From Coraliomargarita sp. (GTDB lineage Bacteria; Verrucomicrobiota; Verrucomicrobiia; Opitutales; Coraliomargaritaceae), in the NCBI GenBank assembly GCA_965216325.1, contig OZ244160.1, positions 2,880,001 to 2,944,000 on the forward strand: a stretch of DNA of 64,000 nucleotides, in the 5' to 3' direction. The notes under the pieces were generated by a model. It saw only the letters and a program-made list of their open reading frames with translations. It made no database searches and was not told the origin of the DNA. Positions within the stretch are counted from its first letter, which is position 1. Each line of letters opens with the position of its first letter. Of the stretch, positions 1-11,585 are shown one piece after another. The position numbers and the translations under genes are program-made.

Positions 1-858
1 GAGCATGTCTTCCCAAGCCATGCGTTTGGTCTTCATGGTATCGTTACGCAAGAGATAGGAAGGGTGGAAACTAATCATCAACGGCGTGCCTTCGAACTCA
101 TGCCACTGACCGCGCACTTGCCCGAGTTTACGATTTGGATCGTGCCCAAGAAGGCCGGTGACCGTAGTGTTGCCCAGTGCGACAATTACCTTTGGCTGAA
201 TGATCTCGAGTTGTGCCTTCAGGTAGGGTAGGCAGAAATTCATTTCCTCCAGTGTGGGCGGGCGATTGCCATAGGGCTTGTCGTGTTCCGGACGCCATTT
301 GAGGATGTTGCCGATATAGACCTCTTCGCGCTTGAGGCCCATTGCACCAATGATCTTGGTCAGCAGTTGACCAGCTGCGCCCACGAAGGGTTCGCCTTTC
401 TTTTCGTCGTCGGCGCTGGGTGCCTCACCGCAGAAGAAGATGTCTGCTTCGGGATTGCCTTCGCCGAAGACAATTTTTCCGAATTCACTGAGGTGCTCTT
501 TACAGGTTTCACAGCCTTCAACGAGTTTGCGTAGCCATGCCATACGGCTTGCGGAATCGCCTTCAGGAAGCTCGATGGCGGGTGCCTGCTCGGGGAGCGG
601 CTTGATGTGCGAAGGCGCCGCCTTGGGCTCAGTTGTTGCGGGAGTTGGCGCCGCCATTGCTTGTGTGGCAGGGGAATCGGTGCCGAGGGATGCGAGAGCG
701 CTGTTGAGCTTTTGTGGTGCCGCTCGTAACGGCGCGGACTCCTCCTTGGGTTGCTTGATCAGGCGCAGCGTGTCGTCGTCCAAGAACACGCGATCCACGC
801 CTTCTGACTGTAGTCGCTTAAGTTCGGTGTGGATCGCTTGGACGGCTGGGTTCGACAT
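1..858 (-). CDS. Uracil-DNA glycosylase family 4 (3' end runs off the window)
   Basis: Manual translation from ATG at 858 ([20 protein letters not shown]...). Contains [44 protein letters not shown] and FHPSYLLRN. Absent from the ORF track because it has no stop in the window. Confidence 0.9.
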   Translation of the reverse strand, partial: [286 protein letters not shown]

Positions 859-944
859 GCCTCGAAAGTTGTCGATCTGTGGCAGAGCGTCGAGACCGAA
901 TCATGGTTCATCCAATAATTCTGTCAGCAATCATTCAGTATATT

Positions 945-1135
945 TTCGACAGTCCTGGTCTCAACCCAATCGAAAAACTGTGGGACCTGATTTAGGATCA
1001 CACTTCAAACAAGCACTGGCCATCAATCACACGACTTGATGAGGTCGTCGCACTTCACCTGAAGGACTGGTGAGAAGCCCCAGAACGAGTCATACGTTTA
1101 ATGGGGAGTGGATGGATAGCCCTGCAGCTAATGTA
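945..1135 (+). mobile_element. Degenerate C-terminal remnant of an IS630-family transposase
   Basis: Frame from 951 reads SPGLNPIEKLWDLI*DHTSNKHWPSITRLDEVVALHLKDW*EAPERVIRLMGSGW. SPxLNPIExxW is the IS630/Tc1 third catalytic motif. Stops at 993 and 1071. Confidence 0.75.
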
Positions 1136-1203
1136 GTCGCATGCTCGGCACTTCGCGATTCTTGACTTGCAGGTTCCTTTGCGTATTGCTTTGAGTGAAA
1201 TGT

Positions 1204-1309
1204 AAAAATTTCACATAAGTCTAGACCTCAATTTATTTCACATAAGTCTAGGCCCCAATTTATTTCACATAAGTTTAGAGCGTTTTGTTCAGACTTATGT
1301 GAATTTTTT
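1204..1309. repeat. 27-bp tandem repeat (2 full + 1 partial) plus one inverted copy
   Basis: ATTTCACATAAGTCTAGACCTCAATTT (1208-1234), ATTTCACATAAGTCTAGGCCCCAATTT (1235-1261), ATTTCACATAAGTTTAG (from 1262). Inverted AGACTTATGTGAATTTTTT (1291-1309) matches 1204-1222 at 18/19. Confidence 0.95.
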
Positions 1310-1338
1310 CACCTCAATTCTTAGGACACTACAGAAAC

Positions 1339-2091
1339 ATGTCAGGACATAGTAAATGGGCTACAATTAAGCGCGCAAAGGGTGCAGCCGATGCCAAGCG
1401 CGGTAAGATTTTCAGCGTCATCAGTAAAGAAATCACGCTCGCTGCGCGTGATGGCGGTGGCGACCCGGGCTTCAATCCACGTCTGCGCACTGTGATCGCT
1501 AAGGCGAAATCGAGTAACATGCCTGCGGACAACATCGAGCGTGCGATCAAAAAGGGCACCGGCGAACTTCCGGGTGTGATTTATGAGGAAGCCCTCTACG
1601 AAGGTTATGGTGCAGCGGGTGTCGGGATTATCGTTGAAATTACCACCGACAACAAGAACCGTTCCGCCTCTGAAGTGCGTAGCACGATGGGTAAGAACGG
1701 CGGCAACCTCGCCGGTGTCGGTGCGGTTGCATTCCAATTCGATCGCAAGGGGCAATTTATCATCGATGCGTCCAAGACCGACGAGGAAACTTTGATGGAT
1801 GTCGCACTCGAAGCAGGCGCGGAAGACATTATCACCGAAGACACTCACTTCGAAGTGCTCTGCCCCATGTCTGAATACGACAACGTCGCACAAGCTTTGG
1901 AGGAGAAGGGCATCGAAACTGAGTCCTCCGAGCTCGCCTATCTACCAAACATTGAAGTGCCGGTGAACGACAAAGAAACTGCACGCAAGGTGCTGCACCT
2001 CGTTGAGAAACTCGACGATCTCGAAGACGTCAAAGCCGTCCACCACAACATGGACATCGCCGAAGGCGTCTTCGGTGACGACGAAGAGTAA
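1339..2091 (+). CDS. yebC: YebC/PmpR family protein
   Basis: MSGHSKWATIKRAKG, NPRLR, NMPADNIERAIKKG, YEGYG, TDNKNRS. Confidence 0.97.
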   Translation: MSGHSKWATIKRAKGAADAKRGKIFSVISKEITLAARDGGGDPGFNPRLRTVIAKAKSSNMPADNIERAIKKGTGELPGVIYEEALYEGYGAAGVGIIVEITTDNKNRSASEVRSTMGKNGGNLAGVGAVAFQFDRKGQFIIDASKTDEETLMDVALEAGAEDIITEDTHFEVLCPMSEYDNVAQALEEKGIETESSELAYLPNIEVPVNDKETARKVLHLVEKLDDLEDVKAVHHNMDIAEGVFGDDEE

Positions 2092-2115
2092 GCTTTGTTA
2101 CAGCTTGAATTTTCT

Positions 2116-2147
2116 AAAGGACTCAGCCTGTGGCTGGGTCCTTTTTA
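2116..2147 (+). terminator. Rho-independent terminator
   Basis: AAAGGACTCAGC-CTGTG-GCTGGGTCCTTTTT hairpin with U-tract after yebC. Confidence 0.8.
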
Positions 2148-2533
2148 TTGGTCGAGTTCAATATCCCGTCTGAGAGGAGCTTGTCGAAAAGCGGTATGAA
2201 TCCACTTAGGCGATGACACGCTTATTGACGTCCATTTAGAGCAGCTCCATCACGAAGCTTGGAGGGCCTAGGCAGCCCTTTGGGCTCTTGATTGCCTTGC
2301 AGAGGACGAGTTGTGATGGGCGCAGGGTGTGAGTGCTCTGCACGGTCGAAAGTGCATTGCTAAGCCATTTTCGCTTTGCTACGTCGCTCTTCCGCGACTC
2401 GCGGACGGCTCCTGTATTTGTGTGACTCTCTCGGTTTGGTGCGTCAGCGCTTTTGGAACATCCGACACTTGATCCGAAAACCCTTGCGGCGCGGTTTTCG
2501 AATCTGCTACGGTTGCGGGTTCTTAGTATCTGA

Positions 2534-5086
<2,553 letters not shown>

Positions 5087-5159
5087 GGGGAGAGTTCGAT
5101 GTCCCTATCGAACCGCAATCATTGCCTCGTGGCGCGTTAAGGATAACGCGCCCTGCCTA

Positions 5160-6620
5160 TTACAACAGTGGCGTAATCAAATGCACGATGCCCTCGATCG
5201 TGCGGTGGGGCATGATGTTCTTATCGGTGATGGCTTCCTGGTAGGAGATGCAGTTGCCTATGATCTCGGTGGCCCATTCGTCGAGGTCCTGAATGTCGGC
5301 GGGGCTGTAGTGGAGTTGGGCGACTTCGAAGTTCACGAATAGGGAGCGCATGTCGATGTTGGCGGAGCCGGTCAAGGCTACCATGCCGTCAGCAAGGATC
5401 AGCTTGGCGTGTAGCATACGCGGGGTGTAAAAGAGGATTTCGACGCCGGCTTCATTTAGCTGACGCAAGTAGTGGTAGCGGGCGATGTCGGTGACCGGAT
5501 GGTTCGACTTGAGCGGCAGGATTAGGCGTATCTGACGCCCGGTGTGCGCCTTGACGATCAGTGAGCGCAGCAGTACTTCGTCGGGGATAAAGTAGGGCGT
5601 GATGATGGTCAGTGTTTGGCGGAACTCCTGAATAATGCGTAGAATCTGCTCCCAGAGAGGGTCGCTCTCCACATCGGGGCCACTAGCCATGACTTCGATG
5701 GTGCGGTTGCCGGCGGGCTCGGGGTGATAGCTGAGCTCTTCGATAAAGTTGTCTGCGGGCTCTTTACTGGCGAAGGCCCAGTCTGCGATAAAGATGCGGT
5801 TCAGGTGCGCGACAGCGGGCCCTTGAGTGATCAGGCTGAAGTCGGTAAAGCGCTCGCGGCTGGGTTCGGCGCCCATGAAACGCATATCCAGATTCTGCCC
5901 GCCGGTGATCGCGCGATAGTTGTCGAAGATTGCGATTTTACGGTGGTTGCGGAGATTGGTCGATACGCGTGACTGGAAGGGAATCACTGGGATGAACATG
6001 GAGACCTGTCCGCCTGCCTTACGGATGCGGTAGCGTGCCTTCCGCGTGCAGTTCCAACTGCCGAGCGAGTCGAGCAGCAGGCGCACGATAATGCCCTCGC
6101 GGGCGCGTCGTTCCAAGAGGTCGACGATGGCACGGCCAGTCTCGTCGTCACTCATGATGAAGGTGGCAATGTGGATGGTATGCTCGGCGTTGTTGATTTC
6201 TTCGCAGAGACGCTCGAAGGCGATCTCACCGTCGCGCAGCAGCAGGGTGTGGTTGGCTGTGGTGGTGGCACTATTGCCCTCGTAGGCGAGAATGTCGTGC
6301 GCTTGCTGTTCTTCGTCGGTATCGAGCGCGATGGAGCGGGCTTTGTCGAAGATGGCCTTTTTGCTTCGGGTCAATCGGCGACTTTTACGTCCGCCGAACA
6401 TGAAGTAGGCGAGCACCCCAAGTGGTGGAAAGAGCACGATTACGAAGAACCATGCAAAGAAGTTGGACGGACTACGCTTTTCGACCAGCACACGGCGAAT
6501 TACGATCAGCGCCAAAATGAAACCGGCGATGGTGAAGATATTGGTGATCAGGAAGCCGAAGATCTCGGTCGCCCAGTTATTCAGGGGGAGTACAATCGAA
6601 TCACGAAACCAGCGCCACAT
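5160..6620 (-). CDS. cls: Cardiolipin synthase (PLD family)
   Basis: N-terminal TM pair; two HKD motifs (RNHRKIAIFD, LHAKLILAD); GGQN, GSANID. Confidence 0.9.
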   Translation of the reverse strand: MWRWFRDSIVLPLNNWATEIFGFLITNIFTIAGFILALIVIRRVLVEKRSPSNFFAWFFVIVLFPPLGVLAYFMFGGRKSRRLTRSKKAIFDKARSIALDTDEEQQAHDILAYEGNSATTTANHTLLLRDGEIAFERLCEEINNAEHTIHIATFIMSDDETGRAIVDLLERRAREGIIVRLLLDSLGSWNCTRKARYRIRKAGGQVSMFIPVIPFQSRVSTNLRNHRKIAIFDNYRAITGGQNLDMRFMGAEPSRERFTDFSLITQGPAVAHLNRIFIADWAFASKEPADNFIEELSYHPEPAGNRTIEVMASGPDVESDPLWEQILRIIQEFRQTLTIITPYFIPDEVLLRSLIVKAHTGRQIRLILPLKSNHPVTDIARYHYLRQLNEAGVEILFYTPRMLHAKLILADGMVALTGSANIDMRSLFVNFEVAQLHYSPADIQDLDEWATEIIGNCISYQEAITDKNIMPHRTIEGIVHLITPLL

Positions 6621-6666
6621 GTTGATAAAATAGGTGAATAGCGTTTCTGCAGCGAGCTTTTTTGAC

Positions 6667-6733
6667 GTAGCACAGGCGTCTCGCCTGTGTCATCCAGATC
6701 AGCATGAGGACACCGGCAGAATCCCGGCGCTAC
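6667..6733. repeat. GTAG-type REP doublet, family A
   Basis: GTAGCACAGGCGTCTCGCCTGTG...GCTAC; first 23 bp identical to the copy at 58972. Confidence 0.85.
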
Positions 6734-6812
6734 GATTTTCTCAGAATCGGTGGTTGTGCCGCTGGCGGGATTCCTTTCAGTGGGCTTTTCAATTTTTAAT
6801 ACCTCAAGAAAC

Positions 6813-7592
6813 ATGTCATCCGAATCTCAGCCAAATCCAGGTCAGCCACAGCAACAGCAAGTCAACTTGCAGCAAATCGCCCAGCAGTTCATGGCGGGTA
6901 TGCAGCGTCACTTTGATATGCTGGCCTTCAACCTCGCGTCGCGTGAGGCCGCGACTGAGGAGGCCTACAACGCGCACGTGCACGCCACCAAGATCATGCC
7001 TGCGGCACCGCGCCACCAGAATTTTGAGCAAATGCAGGCCTATGCGCGCGATCTGCTGGTGCGTCAGGTGATCGGTGATTCCTTGAATCTTGCGGTCACT
7101 GCGATGAACAACGCACACTTCTTCCTTGCGCTGGTGAAGGCGACCAACGCCAATAGCAACGTCGACCCTGAGGCACAAAAGACCGCTCAGGAATCACAAC
7201 AGAGCTTCGTGCCTGCGCCCTTGGATGAGAAGTTTAACCGCCTCGAGAAGGAGTACGGAATCATGTGCGAGCTGGAGGATACGCTGGTGTCCTTAGGTTT
7301 TGCCATTCAGGCACTGATGCAGAGTCGTGGCATTGTGCAGAAGGCGCACGTTGATGATGATGGTGAACTCGTGATCGAGCTCAAGGCCGTTGAAATCCTC
7401 AAGCCAGGTGAAGGCCCGCAGCAACCGGCTCAGGGCAAGCTGGTGGATCAGCGCAAGGCCTTCCGCGAAGGCGAGCAATTGATATTTGACAATTCCGACC
7501 TGCAGTTGGTGCTGGTGACGATCGCTTCGTTTGCTGACTCGCTCTTTAAGTCCGTTGCGGAATATGCGCGTTCGGTTAAGGAAGGGAAGTAG
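6813..7592 (+). CDS. Hypothetical protein with Q-rich N-terminus
   Basis: 259-aa ORF with host-like codon usage; probable start MSSESQPNPGQPQQQQV at 6813. Confidence 0.8.
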   Translation: MSSESQPNPGQPQQQQVNLQQIAQQFMAGMQRHFDMLAFNLASREAATEEAYNAHVHATKIMPAAPRHQNFEQMQAYARDLLVRQVIGDSLNLAVTAMNNAHFFLALVKATNANSNVDPEAQKTAQESQQSFVPAPLDEKFNRLEKEYGIMCELEDTLVSLGFAIQALMQSRGIVQKAHVDDDGELVIELKAVEILKPGEGPQQPAQGKLVDQRKAFREGEQLIFDNSDLQLVLVTIASFADSLFKSVAEYARSVKEGK

Positions 7593-7598
7593 AGGGAG

Positions 7599-7640
7599 AA
7601 CGTCGAACCTCGAACGTTCAACCTTGAACATTGAATAGAT
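7599..7640. repeat. Degenerate 7-bp tandem repeat
   Basis: AACGTCG AACCTCG AACGTTC AACCTTG AACATTG AATAGAT. Confidence 0.75.
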
Positions 7641-7642
7641 GG

Positions 7643-7828
7643 GGTCGGGCAGTCTCGCGGGTTCGACAAGCTCACCGCCCTGAGCCCGTCGAAGGGCGGA
7701 GGCTGTCGTTCGCCCGTTGGTCTGAATTGCATTGCGATCTTGGATTGATGATAGGTCGTTTGGCGATCCGCTTGATTTTGATATTCGGTTTCGTCTGCCG
7801 AACGGTCGCCTCGGCGAGGCGACCCTAC
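7643..7828. repeat. Composite REP doublet (family C) with a nested TTCGACAAGCTCA/CCCTGAGCNNGTCGAAGGG element
   Basis: Left arm GGTCGGGCAGTCTCGC..GGAGGCTGTCGTT is split by 7659-7697; right arm AACGGTCGCCTCGGCGAGGCGACCCTAC at 7801-7828. Confidence 0.8.
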
Positions 7829-7922
7829 CAATGAAATACCTGCGAGATGTGCCTGCGCTACCTGTGGGATTCCTCAATTTTAGTCTAGCCGCCGACAGAG
7901 AGTCTGGCAGCATGTTCGAGCT

Positions 7923-8516
7923 GTGAATCTTCCGAATCTTCTCACTCTGTCGCGCATCCCGATCCTTTTCATCGTGGTCGGTTTGCTGTATGCACCCTTT
8001 CCGGGGGCGAGCACGGCTGCGTTCGTGATGTTTGTGATCGGTGCGCTCACCGATTGGGCAGACGGCTATTACGCGCGCAAGCAGAACCTTGTGTCAAATT
8101 TCGGCAAGCTGATGGATGCGCTGACCGACAAGGTGTTCATGGTCGGTTTGTTTATCGCTTTGTTGGCGATGGGCGTCTTACAGGGCTGGGCCTTGCCGCT
8201 CTTGTTGTTGATCCTTAGCCGCGAGTTCTTGATTACCGGTTTGCGCCTGGTTGCCGCGAGTTCGGGAATCGTGCTGGCTGCGGAAAAGTCCGGGAAGCAT
8301 AAGACCGTGTCGCAAATGGTCTCGGCCATTATGCTGTTGCTGGCGATTGCGGTGCGTGAGGACTTTTCCACGCTGCTGCCGCAGGTCCTGGGCGATGCAT
8401 TGCACTGGGGCGGGGTCGGCTTCTTTGTAATCGCGACGCTGCTGACGGTGTCGTCGGGCACGATGTATATGACCAAGTATTGGTCGGTCTTCACCGGTGA
8501 AGGCGAGAAGAAGTAG
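7923..8516 (+). CDS. pgsA: CDP-diacylglycerol--glycerol-3-phosphate 3-phosphatidyltransferase
   Basis: [23 protein letters not shown]...[25 protein letters not shown]. Confidence 0.95.
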   Translation: MNLPNLLTLSRIPILFIVVGLLYAPFPGASTAAFVMFVIGALTDWADGYYARKQNLVSNFGKLMDALTDKVFMVGLFIALLAMGVLQGWALPLLLLILSREFLITGLRLVAASSGIVLAAEKSGKHKTVSQMVSAIMLLLAIAVREDFSTLLPQVLGDALHWGGVGFFVIATLLTVSSGTMYMTKYWSVFTGEGEKK

Positions 8517-8545
8517 GAACTATGAGCTGTCAGCAAAGGCTTTGT

Positions 8546-8620
8546 GTAGGGCCTTTGCTTGCAAAGTGCCGTATTGGGCCTGACTATATCGGTTTGGCGT
8601 CGTGCAAGCACGAGCCCTAC
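8546..8620. repeat. GTAG-type REP doublet, family B
   Basis: GTAGGGCCTTTGCTTGC...GCAAGCACGAGCCCTAC; reverse-complement copy at 44277-44336. Confidence 0.85.
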
Positions 8621-8629
8621 AACTAAGAT

Positions 8630-9148
8630 ATGAAAATGCGTTTAAATTTCTTTTGGACTCAGTTTATTTCCACGCCAGTGCTGGTGAATCTTGCGACGCT
8701 GGGGCCACTCGGTCGGGTTAAAAAAGGTCCGGGCACGGTCGGAAGTGTGGCCGGCATTGCGCTGTATGCGCTGCTGTTCCATTTCGCCTCTTTGCTTGGC
8801 TTTGTCTTCCTCGCGGTGCTCTTGGCTTATCTGGCGATGGCCATCTGTGATGGCGCAGAGAAGCGCCTCGGGATGCGTGATCCGGGCATGATTGTGCTCG
8901 ATGAGTTCGTCGCGGTGCCGCTGGTCTTTATCGGAATGAATGGTCCGGGTGGTTTGCTCGAAGCACATGGCGGCTGGCCAGTGCTGATCGCCGGCTTTGC
9001 ACTGTTCCGTTTTTTCGACATTTTGAAGCCGCTGGGGATTTCGAAGCTGCAGAATCTGCCGGGGGGAATCGGCTGTGTTGCCGATGATTTGGCGGCTGGC
9101 TTGGCAGCCTGTGTTAGCCTGCACCTACTACTTCATTTCGTCTTTTAG
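8630..9148 (+). CDS. pgpA: Phosphatidylglycerophosphatase A
   Basis: [35 protein letters not shown]. Confidence 0.93.
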   Translation: MKMRLNFFWTQFISTPVLVNLATLGPLGRVKKGPGTVGSVAGIALYALLFHFASLLGFVFLAVLLAYLAMAICDGAEKRLGMRDPGMIVLDEFVAVPLVFIGMNGPGGLLEAHGGWPVLIAGFALFRFFDILKPLGISKLQNLPGGIGCVADDLAAGLAACVSLHLLLHFVF

Positions 9149-9151
9149 ATC

Positions 9152-9958
9152 ATGACCTTTCTGGATCGCTTGGAAAAACGCTTTGGCAGCTGGGCGGTGC
9201 CGAATGTCGGCCTGTATCTGGTGCTGGCACAGATTGCTGCCTATACGCTGATTCTCTCGCAGCGGGTCACGATTGAGTCGCTCTTGCTGGCGCCGACGAT
9301 GGTGCTGGGGGCCAATGAGTATTGGCGGCTGATGACTTTCCTGTTTTGCCCACCCTTTGTGGCAGGCTCGTTTATCAATATGCTCTTCTTGGGCTTTTAT
9401 TGGTATATTTTCTGGATGGTTTGCAATGCACTCGAAGGAATTTGGGGTGCTTTCCGGTTTAATTGCTATGTGCTGCTGGGCATTGTCTGCGCGATTGTCG
9501 GCGTGTTTATCGGGCATTTTATTTCACCGCAGCCAGCCGTGGTGGTCCTGCCGAAGGCGATCTATTGGAGCATGTTCCTCGCCTTTGCGGTCTTTCACCC
9601 GAATATTCAGTTTATGCTGATGCTGGTGATTCCGGTTAAAGTGAAATGGCTGGCCTGGCTGCTTGCCGGTTACATTGGTTACTTGTTTTTGATTGTGCCA
9701 ACGATTGGCTATAAGGTCGCACTGATTGCTCCCTTGCTGAACTTCTTCCTGTTTTTTCGCCGTTCCTTCATTGGTTCGGTGCAGGCAACACAGCGACGTA
9801 AGCAATTTCAGGCAGAAAAAAATGCGCGCGATAATGAGGCTTTTCACATTTGTTCAGTTTGTGGGGCAACGGATCAGACACATCCGGATCGCCACTTTCG
9901 CTATAAAACAATGGAAGGGGAGGCGGTCGCTATTTGTGATCACTGTCGCAAAGATTAG
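9152..9958 (+). CDS. Polytopic membrane protein, rhomboid/derlin-like, with C-terminal Cys-rich tail
   Basis: About 6 hydrophobic segments; YWRLMTFLF (rhomboid WR-like); IPVKVKWLA; C-terminal CSVC...CDHC; no GxSG. Confidence 0.6.
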   Translation: MTFLDRLEKRFGSWAVPNVGLYLVLAQIAAYTLILSQRVTIESLLLAPTMVLGANEYWRLMTFLFCPPFVAGSFINMLFLGFYWYIFWMVCNALEGIWGAFRFNCYVLLGIVCAIVGVFIGHFISPQPAVVVLPKAIYWSMFLAFAVFHPNIQFMLMLVIPVKVKWLAWLLAGYIGYLFLIVPTIGYKVALIAPLLNFFLFFRRSFIGSVQATQRRKQFQAEKNARDNEAFHICSVCGATDQTHPDRHFRYKTMEGEAVAICDHCRKD

Positions 9959-10029
9959 TCATATTGACTAATCTTTGCTGAATTAAAAGGCGTTTGACAA
10001 TTTTGAGTTAGACCGTCAGGGTTTGAGGT

Positions 10030-10470
10030 ATGGAAATCGAACCCCTGATTTGGACTGTCGCCGGCATTCTGTTGATTCTCGCAGAATTTGCGGTGCCCGG
10101 ATTGATTGTCATTTTCTTTGGCACATCCGCTTTGATGGTTGGCATCGGTTTGTATTTCGGTCTGCCAACTGCCTACGGAATCCCGTTCATCTGCTTTTCG
10201 GTTTTGTCGGTGCTGCAAGTTATCTTCCTACGTCGATTCTTTAAGAGTCTCTTTGTTGGAGCCAGCGTTGAAAATGCCGAAGCCCTTGAAGAGTTCATTG
10301 GCCACGAGGCGATTGTGATCTCAGGCTTTGAAGAGGGAGACCTTAGAGGCAAGGTCGAATTCAAGGGGAGCAGCTGGTCGGCACGCTCCGAAGGTCCACT
10401 GAAGCCAGGTGAGCGTGTGCAGATCACTGCACGTGATGGCCTGAATCTGACGGTTTCTGCTCCGAGATAA
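10030..10470 (+). CDS. NfeD family protein
   Basis: N-terminal TM helices with LILAEF; C-terminal OB fold GKVEFKGSSWSARS; lies upstream of an SPFH gene. Confidence 0.9.
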   Translation: MEIEPLIWTVAGILLILAEFAVPGLIVIFFGTSALMVGIGLYFGLPTAYGIPFICFSVLSVLQVIFLRRFFKSLFVGASVENAEALEEFIGHEAIVISGFEEGDLRGKVEFKGSSWSARSEGPLKPGERVQITARDGLNLTVSAPR

Positions 10471-10477
10471 TTTAGAA

Positions 10478-10556
10478 CCGTTAATTGACGTCAATTTACG
10501 TGAATCGATTCTGACGTGAGAGAAGATAATTAGCGTTAATTCACGTAAATTAACGG
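10478..10556. repeat. AT-rich imperfect inverted repeat with 10-bp internal periodicity
   Basis: CCGTTAATTGACGTCAATTTACGTGAAT ... ATTAGCGTTAATTCACGTAAATTAACGG. Confidence 0.75.
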
Positions 10557-10591
10557 ATTAAGTAATAACGTGTTATAGAAAAGAAAATATT

Positions 10592-11515
10592 ATGCCAGAA
10601 CTCCTAACAATTCTTGGTCTTGGTTTCACTGCGCTGGTCGTAGTGGCCCTGTTTAAAACCGCACGTATCGTGCCGCAGCGTCAGCAGTTTGTGGTCGAGC
10701 GTCTCGGGAAGTATTCCCGTTCGTTGGATGCGGGCTTCCATATCCTGATTCCGTTTTTGGATAAGGTGGCCTATAAACACTCTCTAAAGGAGGTCGCGAT
10801 CGATGTGCCTTCGCAGATGTGTATTACAAAGGACAACATCGCGGTGGAGATTGACGGGATTCTTTACCTGCAAGTGGTGGATGCGAAGGCCGCGAGTTAC
10901 GGCATTGAGAATTACATGTTCGCGTCTTCACAGTTGGCGCAAACCACGCTGCGCTCCGAGATTGGTAAGATCGAGCTAGACCGCACCTTTGAGGAGCGTG
11001 AGACGATTAACTCTGAAGTGGTGCAAGCGGTGGACAAGGCGTCTAACCCATGGGGCGTCAAGATCCTGCGCTATGAAATTAAGGACATCCTGCCGCCGGC
11101 AACGGTGCGTGATGCGCTCGAGAAGCAAATGCGTGCGGAGCGTGAACGTCGGGCGGTGGTTGCGGAGTCGGAAGGTGAGAAGGAAGCGAAAATCAACGTC
11201 TCTGAAGGTCTGAAGCAGGAAGCGATTAACCTCTCCGAAGCGGAAAAGCAAAAGCAGATCAACGAAGCCGAAGGTAAGGCCGAAGAGATTCAGCTGATCG
11301 CGACTGCGACTGCACAGGGTATTCGCAAGGTTGCGGAAGCGATTGAAGCCCCAGGCGGTTCCGAAGCGGTCAACCTTCGCGTTGCTGAGCAATACATTAA
11401 GGAATTCGGCAACCTCGCGAAGGAGAACAATACGATGATCCTTCCGAGCAACTTGACGGATGTCGGCAGTATGGTCGCGACCATCACCAAGACGTTGGAT
11501 ACCGTTAAAAAGTAA
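10592..11515 (+). CDS. SPFH/stomatin-like (QmcA-type) protein
   Basis: VVERLGKYSRSL, CITKDN, LAQTTLRSEIG, WGVKILRYEIKDI, QMRAERERRA. Confidence 0.95.
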   Translation: MPELLTILGLGFTALVVVALFKTARIVPQRQQFVVERLGKYSRSLDAGFHILIPFLDKVAYKHSLKEVAIDVPSQMCITKDNIAVEIDGILYLQVVDAKAASYGIENYMFASSQLAQTTLRSEIGKIELDRTFEERETINSEVVQAVDKASNPWGVKILRYEIKDILPPATVRDALEKQMRAERERRAVVAESEGEKEAKINVSEGLKQEAINLSEAEKQKQINEAEGKAEEIQLIATATAQGIRKVAEAIEAPGGSEAVNLRVAEQYIKEFGNLAKENNTMILPSNLTDVGSMVATITKTLDTVKK

Positions 11516-11522
11516 CTGATGA

Positions 11523-11585
11523 GTAGCGTAGGCGTCTCGCCTGCGTTCGTTTGCGCTGCCTGAACAGGCGAGACGCCTGTTCTAC
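11523..11585. repeat. GTAG-type REP doublet, family A
   Basis: GTAGCGTAGGCGTCTCGCCTGCG...ACAGGCGAGACGCCTGTTCTAC. Confidence 0.85.

Noticed and set aside
283..1039. Plus-strand ORFs 283..534 and 440..1039
   Set aside because: Antisense to the UDG gene; the tail overlaps the IS630 remnant in another frame.
1208..1280. 27-bp repeats as a CRISPR array
   Set aside because: Units are contiguous with no unique spacers, and there are no cas genes in the window.
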